A model generated the notes under the pieces. That model was not told the origin of the DNA. It was given only the letters and a program-made list of their open reading frames with translations, and searched no databases. Source: a candidate division WOR-3 bacterium (GTDB taxonomy: Bacteria > Hydrothermota > Tepidihabitantia > Tepidihabitantales > Tepidihabitantaceae). Taken from it: a DNA stretch of 64,000 bases. Shown here one piece after another: positions 7,616 to 16,848 of the stretch. How positions within the stretch are numbered: the stretch's first letter is position 1; every line of letters starts with the position of its first letter. A program made the translations under genes and the position numbers. Where the stretch lies: assembly GCA_037441285.1 (NCBI GenBank), contig JBBISL010000008.1, positions 1-64,000 on the forward strand, in the 5' to 3' direction.

Positions 7616-9382
7616 ATGATTTTTCCCAAGGGACCCGACCCCAAACGGCTGCTTGAAGAGCAGGCGGCATTTGAAGAAGCAGAAAGGAAAAAAGCCGAAG
7701 CCCGCGCCCGGGTACTCTTTGATAGTTTTATCGACTTCAGCCCGGTCGGAGTGGAAATCTTTGATACCAGCGGTAATCTCATAAAGAGTAATAAAGCGGC
7801 CGAACGACTGCTGGGTAAATTACCACCACCTGGCATAAACTTGTTTGAAGAAAAAGGGTTAAAACGAACCGGATTGCTGGAACCGCAAATTAAACGCCTG
7901 CTTGCCGGCGCCCGGGTCGAAACCCCACCCTTTTGGTATGATGCTGCAGAACTCGGACTCGCCAGCACACCCGGGAAAAAGGTGTGTGTCCGCACCACTG
8001 CCTTTCCTTTGCTGAACGCCGAAGGCGCCGTACAGCAAATTGCGATAATTTATGAAGACCTAACTGAATTAAAAAAGGCTCAGGAGCAACTCTCGCAAAC
8101 TCAACAGGCGGAAAACAACTGGACAACTGTTCCGGCTGACATTCGGGATATCGAATTTGCCCGGAGAAAAATCGAACAGGCGCTGCGCGAGAGTGAGGAA
8201 CGCTACCGCGGCCTGGTTGAGTCTGCCCAGGATGTCTGCATTATCCGATTCAGTGACGAAGGACGCATCATCGCCATAAGCCCTTCAGTAGAAAACATCT
8301 TTGGTGTATCCCGGGAAGTGGTTATGACCGACAACTCGGCACTTTTTGCCCGCATCCATCCTGAAGACCTCAGCCGGGTTCAGCAGATTGAGTCGGAAGC
8401 AAAAAAGACCGGTATTTATCCACCTGATTACCAGTTTCGGGTTGTAAAAACACCGACCGAAACAACCTGGGTCAAAATGACCGGACGGGCAATAACATTT
8501 GCCAGCCGCCGCACATTTGAAGCCCTTGCTATTGACATTACCCGGGAGAAGCGTCTCGAAGAACTGTTGAGCAAAAAAAATGCCGACATTACATCACTAC
8601 TCAATAGCCCTGCTGACGGCTTTTTTGCAATTAACCAGGAGTGGGCTGTAATCGCCTGGAGCAAAGGCGCCGAAAAGGAAACCCGGGTCAGTGCGGCGGA
8701 AGCCGTTGGTAAACGACTCTGGGAACTTTATCCGGAGATGGAAAAGACCGGAATGGCTCTTCCCCTTCGTCGCACTCTGCTTGAACGCACCGCTCAGTAT
8801 CAGGAGTTTTTTTATAGCGACGGCCGCGACCGATTCGCCGGCTGGTTCTCTTTGACCACCTATCCTCTGGACAACGGCGCGCTGGCTCTCGTGAAAAATC
8901 TGTCCAGCCGGAAAAAGGTTGAACAGGCGTGGCAGGACTCCCAATCCCGGCTCCAGGCAATTATCGAAAACCCACTGGTGCTGGTCGCATTTAAAGACCG
9001 GGAACACCGTTATGTCGCGGCCAACGAAACCGCCCGCAGGCTACTCGGTGCTGGCACCGACATTGTAGGCAAAACCGATGCTGAACTGTTCTCGGCCACG
9101 GTCACCGCGCTCCTCGGTTCCTATGACCGCCAGGTTCTGGAAACAGGTAAAGGAACCCAACTGGAGTTTGCGCTCGGTGACCCCAAACAGGAAACAACCA
9201 TCTGGCTGGCGATTGCCAAGCAACCCTGGCGTAACACAAACAACGAAGTAATTGGTATTTTGGACATTGGCTTTGATATAACACGGCGCGTCCGTGCCCA
9301 GCAAGAACTTTCCCGCCGTCGGGAATTCTTCGAAAACTTTCTTTCCGGCCTCAAACAGGAATTTGACCGCTGGCAGAAATAA
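7616..9382 (+). CDS. multi-PAS (PAS/PAC, about 4) protein with no recognisable output domain
   Basis: Repeated PAS signatures (SPVGVEIFD...EDLTELKKA, IHPEDL...DITREKRLE, WSKGAE...GKRLWEL, FKDREHRY...GKTDAELF...DITRRVRA); GAGG SD; ends in a short helix. Confidence 0.88.
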   Translation: MIFPKGPDPKRLLEEQAAFEEAERKKAEARARVLFDSFIDFSPVGVEIFDTSGNLIKSNKAAERLLGKLPPPGINLFEEKGLKRTGLLEPQIKRLLAGARVETPPFWYDAAELGLASTPGKKVCVRTTAFPLLNAEGAVQQIAIIYEDLTELKKAQEQLSQTQQAENNWTTVPADIRDIEFARRKIEQALRESEERYRGLVESAQDVCIIRFSDEGRIIAISPSVENIFGVSREVVMTDNSALFARIHPEDLSRVQQIESEAKKTGIYPPDYQFRVVKTPTETTWVKMTGRAITFASRRTFEALAIDITREKRLEELLSKKNADITSLLNSPADGFFAINQEWAVIAWSKGAEKETRVSAAEAVGKRLWELYPEMEKTGMALPLRRTLLERTAQYQEFFYSDGRDRFAGWFSLTTYPLDNGALALVKNLSSRKKVEQAWQDSQSRLQAIIENPLVLVAFKDREHRYVAANETARRLLGAGTDIVGKTDAELFSATVTALLGSYDRQVLETGKGTQLEFALGDPKQETTIWLAIAKQPWRNTNNEVIGILDIGFDITRRVRAQQELSRRREFFENFLSGLKQEFDRWQK

Positions 9383-9386
9383 CAGA

Positions 9387-11210
9387 ATGAAGAAAAGGTC
9401 CCCAGCGCGTAAAAATCAACCAGACAGCCGTCCGAACATAGCCTGCCAGATTGAACTGTTTACCCAACGCCACTTCTGGCTTCTCCTCGCTGCCGTCCTT
9501 TTAATTGCCGTTCTCGTACGAACCGCCGACCTGCGTGCTGACCCACCACCAGACCTTTCCTGGAGTTTTGCTCCATATACCGATGAAAGTTTGAACGCCT
9601 ACTCGGCACGCAACTTTGTCCTCTATGGCAACTGGCACCAGGACGACTTTTTACCCTTCTGCATCTATCCGCTGGTCAACATCCTTGTTGCCCTGATATT
9701 CAAACTGTTGGGCATCGGGTTCGTTCAGGTAAAACTTCTCTCGGTTTTCAGTGGGGTCCTGGGTGTACTGATAATGGCGCTGTTGATTCGCCATACCGCT
9801 CGAGAAATCGCGGCACTGCTCGCCGGTCTGTTCCTTGCTTTGAGTTACCCCCTGGTGATGTACAGCCGTCTCGGACTCGTCGAAACAGTCCAGATTCTTT
9901 TTCTATTACTCACCGGTTTTTTCTGGGTGAAATCACTCGAAAAACCGGTTCTGATGTTATTGACTGGCTTCTGCGCCTTTGCCACATTTCTTTTGATAAA
10001 AATCTCCGCCGTTTTCATCCTGCCCGCGCTACTTTTGCTCTTCATTAACCGCGGGCTTTCGACTCGTTCCCGTCAGGAAGAACGCCGCCAGTTTCTCGTT
10101 AGCCTTGGCTGGTTTATTGCTGGCGCAACCGGTGCAATCATACTGTGGCTACTAGTGGTCTTTCTCCCTTATCGCAATCAGTACCTTCAATATGTCCTCC
10201 GCCACTCAAGTGAATCGCCGGCTGGTCATCCTCAAACTTTGATTGCGTACCTATTCAACACATTCACGATTGGGGTCCGTTCAAAACTTTTGCCCCGGTT
10301 GGTGTGGATTGCCCTATTAGGATTTTTGTCTTTGCCCTGGCATGCCACCCGTCAAGCCGAACCCAAGGCGAAGCAATCTTCCCAATTTCTACTCTTTTGG
10401 TTTATCTTTGGCGTTTTGATGCTCGGTTATATGAACTACCGACCACCCCGCTACGAAATTGTCATCCTTCCACCTCTGATTGCCGCCGCTGCCATTACCA
10501 TTAGCCAATGGCTTATCCCGAAACCAGATTCTACCCCGCCTTGCGCGGGAAAGGACAGAACACAAGGTCTTTCTCGGGAAGCGAAAATGAGAACGCAAAC
10601 CAAAAGACCGTCCCCTTTCTTGAATAGCATCCTCTACGCCATTTACCTTTGGCCCCTTGTCGTTCAGTTACTTCTTTATATTGCCGGATTCCGCAACTAC
10701 CCGGCACCGGGTAACGAGTCAGGCATAACAATACTCGCTTTAATAATCGCGCTGGCAACCGGCATTACCGGTACCGCACTATACCGTTTTTTTACCACCA
10801 AAAAATTGGGCACCATGCGGGCGCTGAAACTATTTATCGCCGCCCTGCTGCTTTTGTTTTCCCTGCGCCTTGACCTGGGTCAGTTTTTCAACTGGTTTTC
10901 CAACCGTACCTACATTTTAATTTCTTCCGCCCGCGACCTTGACCAGATTTTACCGGATAATGCGGTTGTCGCCGGCTCCTGGGCACCGCCCTTGATGATA
11001 GAATCCCGAAAACGGGCAATTGCCATTACCGACTGGGCAAACATCAACGACCCAATAAATCGGTTTGGTGTCACCCATATCATTATCGGGGAAAATGAAG
11101 TTGACCATCTCCTCTGGGATAAAATTCCGTTGACGATAAAAGAACGAATGAGACCGCTCCGCCAGTACCGAATCCGGGGCCAGTTGCTAACCGTTTACAC
11201 CTTATCCTGA
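9387..11210 (+). CDS. GT-C fold membrane glycosyltransferase (ArnT/PMT-like, GT39/GT83)
   Basis: Multiple TM helices, acidic DE pair in first loop (YTDES), YSRLGLVET and PPRY motifs; ATG 9387 just after the PAS gene stop. Confidence 0.8.
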   Translation: MKKRSPARKNQPDSRPNIACQIELFTQRHFWLLLAAVLLIAVLVRTADLRADPPPDLSWSFAPYTDESLNAYSARNFVLYGNWHQDDFLPFCIYPLVNILVALIFKLLGIGFVQVKLLSVFSGVLGVLIMALLIRHTAREIAALLAGLFLALSYPLVMYSRLGLVETVQILFLLLTGFFWVKSLEKPVLMLLTGFCAFATFLLIKISAVFILPALLLLFINRGLSTRSRQEERRQFLVSLGWFIAGATGAIILWLLVVFLPYRNQYLQYVLRHSSESPAGHPQTLIAYLFNTFTIGVRSKLLPRLVWIALLGFLSLPWHATRQAEPKAKQSSQFLLFWFIFGVLMLGYMNYRPPRYEIVILPPLIAAAAITISQWLIPKPDSTPPCAGKDRTQGLSREAKMRTQTKRPSPFLNSILYAIYLWPLVVQLLLYIAGFRNYPAPGNESGITILALIIALATGITGTALYRFFTTKKLGTMRALKLFIAALLLLFSLRLDLGQFFNWFSNRTYILISSARDLDQILPDNAVVAGSWAPPLMIESRKRAIAITDWANINDPINRFGVTHIIIGENEVDHLLWDKIPLTIKERMRPLRQYRIRGQLLTVYTLS

Positions 11211-11218
11211 ACAGTTGC

Positions 11219-12151
11219 TCAATCACTGCTGGACAGCGCTGCTGCCAGCGTCTTCACATCGTATTCGAGAAGAGTTAGATAGTCGGGAACTGAAGGCAGC
11301 GAACCGGTTATCGATGCCAGGACAATAACCTTTGCTCCGGTCTCGCGGGCAAGGGCATCTGCCAAATCCCGATTGTGCTGCGGTTCGATCACTATTGCCC
11401 GCACTTCTTCCTGCCTTATTATCTGAATGAGATGGGCGACGTCCTGCGCCGATGGCTCCTGTCCTGGTAAAGGTTCGATCGCCCTTATCATCTCAAACCC
11501 GAATGCCCGACAGAAATAGGACCAGGATTCGTGCATTGCGACAAACTTTCGACTCGGTAAATCTTCAACGAACCTTTTCAACTCGGCAACGGTACTGTCA
11601 ATCCTTTTAATGTAAGCATCGCCCCTTTTCTGGTAAAATTCTTTCCTCGCCGGATTGAATTCGCTTAATATCTCAACAATTCTCTTAACCGTTATTTTAG
11701 CAACATCAGGATCGAGCCAGATATGCGGATTGCCATACTCGTGAGCATGATGGTGAGTTTTTGCCGCTCCCGCAACATCCTCATCTTTGATAACCTCCAC
11801 ATCATCGGAAACCGTTAGTATTTTCAACCTCTTGTTACGGGCATTTTCGATTAAGCCGTTTAGCCAATCATCCAAACCCAATCCGACCCGCACAACCATT
11901 GTCGCCTTCTTTAGTTTCTCGGCATCGGTAATCCGCGGTTCGTAACTGTGCGGCTCTTCTGCCCCGGTAATAAGCGATTGAACCGCTACCGATTCACCTC
12001 CTACCTGACCTACCCAATCGGCAAGGTCAGGAAGTGTCGTGATGATCAAAGGACGTGAATCAGTCGCGATAACCCGGTCTTCCCGATTTGCCCGCGGACA
12101 TCCTGAAACCAAAATTAAGATTAACAATATCAGGACAACTTTCTCCCACAT
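11219..12151 (-). CDS. znuA: Zn/Mn ABC transporter substrate-binding lipoprotein
   Basis: Lipobox VSGC, EPHSYEP, His-rich loop THHHAHE, NPHIWLDP, HESWSYF. Confidence 0.9.
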   Translation of the reverse strand: MWEKVVLILLILILVSGCPRANREDRVIATDSRPLIITTLPDLADWVGQVGGESVAVQSLITGAEEPHSYEPRITDAEKLKKATMVVRVGLGLDDWLNGLIENARNKRLKILTVSDDVEVIKDEDVAGAAKTHHHAHEYGNPHIWLDPDVAKITVKRIVEILSEFNPARKEFYQKRGDAYIKRIDSTVAELKRFVEDLPSRKFVAMHESWSYFCRAFGFEMIRAIEPLPGQEPSAQDVAHLIQIIRQEEVRAIVIEPQHNRDLADALARETGAKVIVLASITGSLPSVPDYLTLLEYDVKTLAAALSSSD

Positions 12152-12963
12152 ATCTTACACCTCTTTCTTTTGGGCGAAAAAATTGCAGCCAGACCAAACC
12201 CTACCGCTGCCACCAAAACGATTGTGGCTCCGGAAGGAACACCAAGTAAATATGAAAGTATCAATCCGATACAACAGGCACCAATCGCCACCAGCCAGGA
12301 TAAAAAAAACATCATCCCGTACCGGTTAGTAAGTTGATAGGCGGTTGCCGCTGGTATCACAAGCAACGCCTCAACCAAAATCACCCCCACCGCCTTAATG
12401 GAAACCACCACAACAAGCGCCACCAGCCCCAGTTGTAATCCCCCGAGAACGCCCGTCGGCAAACCGCTCGCCTGTGCCATCTCCTCATCAAACGCCAGAA
12501 ACTTGAACTCCTTATAAAACAACCCGATGAAAAGCAGCACGATGCCCGTCAGCCCCGCCATAATCAGCAAATTTCCCGATGTAACTCCTAAAATGTTTCC
12601 GAATAGGTAACCATAAATTCGCGCGTCGTAGCGGCGCATAAACCCAATAACCAAAACCCCCAGCGCCATCGTAAAGGCAAAAAAGATGCCGATGGCGGTG
12701 TCCTGACGCAAACTTGTCCTTGTGCCGGTCACCTGAATCAATCCGGCGGTAACAAGACAAAAGACAACTGCGGTTAAAAGGGGCTCAACCCCAAGTAAAA
12801 ATCCGAGCGCCACTCCACCGAACGCCGCATGGGCAATACCGGCGCCGGCAAATGCCAGTCCGCGTAAAACAACAAACACCCCGATGAGCGAACAGACTGT
12901 ACCCACAAGTAGGGAACCGAGAAGGGCGTTACGTACAAACCCGTAATTCAAAAAATCAAGCAT
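12130..12963 (-). CDS. znuB: Zn/Mn ABC transporter permease
   Basis: GIAHAAFGG, YLFGNIL, FDEEMA, VGVILV, IPAATA motifs. Confidence 0.92.
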   Translation of the reverse strand: MLDFLNYGFVRNALLGSLLVGTVCSLIGVFVVLRGLAFAGAGIAHAAFGGVALGFLLGVEPLLTAVVFCLVTAGLIQVTGTRTSLRQDTAIGIFFAFTMALGVLVIGFMRRYDARIYGYLFGNILGVTSGNLLIMAGLTGIVLLFIGLFYKEFKFLAFDEEMAQASGLPTGVLGGLQLGLVALVVVVSIKAVGVILVEALLVIPAATAYQLTNRYGMMFFLSWLVAIGACCIGLILSYLLGVPSGATIVLVAAVGFGLAAIFSPKRKRCKICGRKLS

Positions 12964-13735
12964 GGCGGTCATCGACCAGCAAAAATTTTCGGCCCTCTCT
13001 TTCCACCACCGCAACCGGCGTGCCATAAAGTTGACCTAAAACCGCCGGGTTTAAAACCTCATCGCAGGAACCAAAAGCCTCGACCGTACGGTTGAGAAAC
13101 ATCACCCGGTCCACACAAGGCAAAACCTCATTGACATCGTGCGTTACATAAATCGTCGTCAACTGCCGCTCCCGATGAACCCTCCGTATCAATTCCACAA
13201 TCTGTCCTCGAGTTGCCACATCAACTCCGGCCGTAGGCTCATCAAGCAAAAGTAACTCTGGATCTCCTACTAGTGCCCGGGCAAGAAACAGTCGCTGCTG
13301 CTGCCCGCCCGAAAGATGGCCTGCCGTATGAAACGCCATCTTCTCCAAACCGACCGCTGCCAGCACCGCTTGTGCCTTTGCCTGTTCTTTTCTGCCGGGG
13401 AACTTTAAAAGCCCTATCCGCCCATAAGTTCCCATCAAAACCGCATCCCGCACATTTACCGGAAAGTTTACATCAATCGGCTTACGCTGGGGCACATAAC
13501 CAATCAAGGTTCTTACCTTACCGATGCGACCGCCGGTTGCACCTAAAACACTCACTTCACCCCGAATCGGTTGAATCAATCCAAGTACCGTTTTCAAAAG
13601 CGTCGTCTTGCCCGAGCCGTTTGGACCGATGACACCTAAAAACTCCCCTTTGGCAAGGCTGAACGAAACATCCTGCAGGGCAACCGTCTCTTGAAATACA
13701 ACGGTAACCCCGGTAAATTCAACTGCTGGTGTCAT
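12956..13735 (-). CDS. znuC: Zn/Mn ABC transporter ATP-binding protein
   Basis: GPNGSGKT, IGYVPQ, LSGGQQQR, LLLDEP, VTHD; ATGA overlap with pepA. Confidence 0.93.
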   Translation of the reverse strand: MTPAVEFTGVTVVFQETVALQDVSFSLAKGEFLGVIGPNGSGKTTLLKTVLGLIQPIRGEVSVLGATGGRIGKVRTLIGYVPQRKPIDVNFPVNVRDAVLMGTYGRIGLLKFPGRKEQAKAQAVLAAVGLEKMAFHTAGHLSGGQQQRLFLARALVGDPELLLLDEPTAGVDVATRGQIVELIRRVHRERQLTTIYVTHDVNEVLPCVDRVMFLNRTVEAFGSCDEVLNPAVLGQLYGTPVAVVEREGRKFLLVDDRHA

Positions 13736-15165
13736 CGATTGTTCCGGCATAAAAGCGCGATGAGTGTTCGCAACGGCACACCCGTGGCGCCCGCCGGGTA
13801 ATAATCCCGGCTCTCACCGGTATAGGCGGTGCCGGCAATGTCAATATGCACCCAGGGCACCGCTTTCGGTACAAACTCGGATAGAAATAGCCCGCCGATG
13901 ATTGTTCCAGCATTTTGCGGTTTGCCGATATTCTTTAAATCCGCAACCCCGCTTTTCATATGGGGACGATAACGCTCAAACAACGGGAACTGCCAGAAGT
14001 ACTCACCCATTTCCTTACCGAGAGCAATCAGCCGGGCAATTGTTTTTTCATCGGTACCCAGTACTCCTGAAATCTCGTTACCCAGCGCCACAACACAGGC
14101 ACCGGTGAGGGTCGCAATGTCAATCATCAAGTCAGGCTTCAGCGTGGCACCGTAGGCAAGCGCGTCCGCAAGGATTAACCGGCCCTCGGCATCGGTATTC
14201 ATCACCTCAACCGTCTTACCGTTAAAGTGGCGAATCACATCACCGGGCTTCTGGGCACTACCCCCAGGCAAATTCTCAGCCAGTGGTGTCAACCCATGAA
14301 CCACGACCGGTATATCAACCTCCCGAAGATAATTGAATAACCCGAAAACCGTAGCCGCACCTGCCATATCATCTTTCATCGACTCCATCTGTTGAGCAGT
14401 TTTCAGCGAGAGTCCACCCGAATCAAATGTGATGCCCTTGCCAACGACTACCACCGTCCGCCTGGGCTTGACTTTAGGTTTATAGGTCAGATGGACCATA
14501 CAGGGTGGATTGTGGGAACCTTTACCAACACCGATTATGCCGCCCATCCCCAGCTGCTCGAGTTCCGCTGCATCCATCACTTTAATCGTAACCCGTTCTC
14601 CTTGCGCCAGTTCCTTTGCCCGGTCCGCAAGCATCATCGGTGTTTTGCCGGCAGAGGGCTCGTTCACCAAATTCCGTACATAGCAAACCGCTCGTGCCCG
14701 GCGCTCGGCATCCTCGACCACTGGCCGCAAGTCGGTGACCTCCTTCTCGCTCTCAGCCAAAATCACCATTCTCTCCACCCTTCCCATATCCTCATTCCTG
14801 GTGCGAAACTTACGAAATTGATAACTGCTGAGTATTGCCCCTTCAACCGCAGCCGATACAAAACTTTTACCATTAACCTTGGATCCGGCAGTAATGGGAA
14901 ATCCAACCTCGTCCGCACCCAACTCACCTGCCCGGTGCAAAACCTTTGCCAGGGCAACTCGAACCCGTTCCAATTCAAACTCAGCCCGCTTCCCTAAACC
15001 ACCCAGCACCACCCTATTGTCACCCTTTACCGCGATTGCTGTCTCGGCGAATTTTCCGCCAAAACGCCGGTCAATCAATCCCTCGGTATCAAATTCCCCT
15101 TCAAAGACAAGCCGCACCCTTACTTTACCCCGCCATTTTCTTTTGACCATTAAATTGATTTTCAC
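13732..15165 (-). CDS. pepA: leucyl aminopeptidase (M17)
   Basis: VGKGITFDSGG, MKDDMAG, NTDAEGRL, ATLTGA, WVHIDIAG. Confidence 0.96.
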   Translation of the reverse strand: MKINLMVKRKWRGKVRVRLVFEGEFDTEGLIDRRFGGKFAETAIAVKGDNRVVLGGLGKRAEFELERVRVALAKVLHRAGELGADEVGFPITAGSKVNGKSFVSAAVEGAILSSYQFRKFRTRNEDMGRVERMVILAESEKEVTDLRPVVEDAERRARAVCYVRNLVNEPSAGKTPMMLADRAKELAQGERVTIKVMDAAELEQLGMGGIIGVGKGSHNPPCMVHLTYKPKVKPRRTVVVVGKGITFDSGGLSLKTAQQMESMKDDMAGAATVFGLFNYLREVDIPVVVHGLTPLAENLPGGSAQKPGDVIRHFNGKTVEVMNTDAEGRLILADALAYGATLKPDLMIDIATLTGACVVALGNEISGVLGTDEKTIARLIALGKEMGEYFWQFPLFERYRPHMKSGVADLKNIGKPQNAGTIIGGLFLSEFVPKAVPWVHIDIAGTAYTGESRDYYPAGATGVPLRTLIALLCRNNR

Positions 15166-15193
15166 CTTTGCTCCTTTCTTACTCCTTTTATTA

Positions 15194-16138
15194 TCAGTTT
15201 TCCTTCACTTCTGTCAACCCCTGATTTTCCTTCAGGCACCGGTTTAAAATCCAGGTGACAACAACCGCCAGAACTATCCTTGGCACCACAATCCAGAAAA
15301 AGTTTGCGCCCAGCACAATAAATATTGCGGTGTCCTCAAACAGTCCATGACACAAAGCCAGAAACTGGGCGACCAGGGTTACCTGTTTCGGCATCAATCC
15401 TCTCTCTTTAACCGACTCAACAATCAGACCGGCGCCAAACACAATCCCAAAAACATTACCGGCAAGCCAGGGCATTGCCGCTGCCTCGTTGTAGCCCATA
15501 AATCCAATAACCCGCTTCACCGCGGATAGCACCTTTTGTAGCACCCCGTAACCCCGTGCCAACTCCAGCAGGATAAAAATCCCCACCAGTACCAATAGCA
15601 TCTTGACCCCGGTGCTGAAAAGCCCTTCCGCCCAACCCTGTATAGCCGGACCAAGCACAAACTCTTGCCGCAGGAGAGAAAAGTCCATATTTCCGCTTCC
15701 TCCAGAACCGTTCCGCACAATGAGCGCCGCGAGTCCCGCTCCTGCCAGCAGTGAAACCACCAGTCGAACAAACCACAAAAGCCACCACTTTGCCCGAATC
15801 TGAAAGAAGACCGCCGTTTCAAGAATCTGGGAATGAGAGATGAGTATCATCAAACTCAACACGGTCAATTGACTACCTGTGATTTTTAGTGCCGTAATCG
15901 CTCCCAGGGAAGCGTAAATGTTGATGAAATTGCCCAAAATCAGAGCCATCGCCGCTTCTCCCGGCAACCGGAAAAAACGCATAAACGGCGCCATAAACCG
16001 GGCAAAAGCGGCAAGAACCGGCGTATACCTCAACGCAGTAACGAGCGTGTAAACCGGAGCGACAATCAATAAAAGTTTTCCAAATGCCCGAACACCGCGC
16101 CACGCTCCCCAACCGATGAACCGCCAGAAAACCTTCAT
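15194..16138 (-). CDS. nucleoside-recognition (Gate) domain membrane protein
   Basis: APFMRFFRLPGEAA, SHSQILET, LCHGLFEDT; duplicated Gate-type TM architecture. Confidence 0.8.
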   Translation of the reverse strand: MKVFWRFIGWGAWRGVRAFGKLLLIVAPVYTLVTALRYTPVLAAFARFMAPFMRFFRLPGEAAMALILGNFINIYASLGAITALKITGSQLTVLSLMILISHSQILETAVFFQIRAKWWLLWFVRLVVSLLAGAGLAALIVRNGSGGSGNMDFSLLRQEFVLGPAIQGWAEGLFSTGVKMLLVLVGIFILLELARGYGVLQKVLSAVKRVIGFMGYNEAAAMPWLAGNVFGIVFGAGLIVESVKERGLMPKQVTLVAQFLALCHGLFEDTAIFIVLGANFFWIVVPRIVLAVVVTWILNRCLKENQGLTEVKEN

Positions 16139-16848
16139 CAGAAATGTTCGAGAGTTGCCTTACCGTTGCTAATCATTCCGTAGGTAAAACTCTTCATCCA
16201 GTCTCCGATATTGATATAAACCCCGGCACCGAAATTTCTTATCTCGGGAATATGGGAGTGCCCCAGCATCACCACATCGCAACCGGCTGCAATCTTCTCG
16301 CGTGCAAACTGAAGCATCGCCGTCCGCACTTTGACCGCTGCACCCCGTTTTTCCATCCCCTGCCGGCTCCGAACCGCAATGCGGCGCGCCAGCCCGATGC
16401 CGATATCAGGATGCAACCAGGAAAATAGAAAACCGTTGATTGAACATCGCATCAATGAACGGAAAATTCTGGGTACAAAACCCCGGTCCAGCGCATCGCC
16501 GTGCGCCAGGTAAACCCGTAACCCATCAATCATTATCTCCTGTTCATCATACAGCGCCTCAACCTTCAACCCTTTTTCCAGCCACCCTTTGAACCAGATA
16601 TCGTGATTCCCCCGAAATAGGAAAATTTTCGTCCCGCTCTCGGATAAATCCCTCAACCGACCTAAAACCTCAAACTCGATTTTGGGCACCACCCGCCGAT
16701 ATTCAAACCAGAACTCAAACAAATCCCCAAGGATATAAAGCCCTTCGGCTTTGCCTTTGATACTCAAAAGGAAATCAGTAAACCGCTTCTCGGCAAAATG
16801 TGACCCAATTCCGAGATGCACATCAGAGACAAAGTAATGCGCGTTCAA
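16138..16848 (-). CDS. lpxH: UDP-2,3-diacylglucosamine diphosphatase (LpxH-type metallophosphoesterase)
   Basis: SDVHLG, ILGDLFEFW, GNHD, HGD, GHSH, NIGDW. Confidence 0.85.
   Translation of the reverse strand: MNAHYFVSDVHLGIGSHFAEKRFTDFLLSIKGKAEGLYILGDLFEFWFEYRRVVPKIEFEVLGRLRDLSESGTKIFLFRGNHDIWFKGWLEKGLKVEALYDEQEIMIDGLRVYLAHGDALDRGFVPRIFRSLMRCSINGFLFSWLHPDIGIGLARRIAVRSRQGMEKRGAAVKVRTAMLQFAREKIAAGCDVVMLGHSHIPEIRNFGAGVYINIGDWMKSFTYGMISNGKATLEHF

Noticed and set aside
7495..7998. 167-aa minus-strand ORF
   Set aside because: Antisense to the tRNA and PAS gene; no recognisable motifs
9294..9386. Overlap of PAS and GT-C ORFs suggesting a frameshift fusion
   Set aside because: A plausible ATG at 9387 follows the PAS stop, and I saw no evidence for programmed frameshifting
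7521..11210. Possible genomic island at tRNA-Thr
   Set aside because: No integrase, no duplicated tRNA 3-prime end seen, no obvious composition shift
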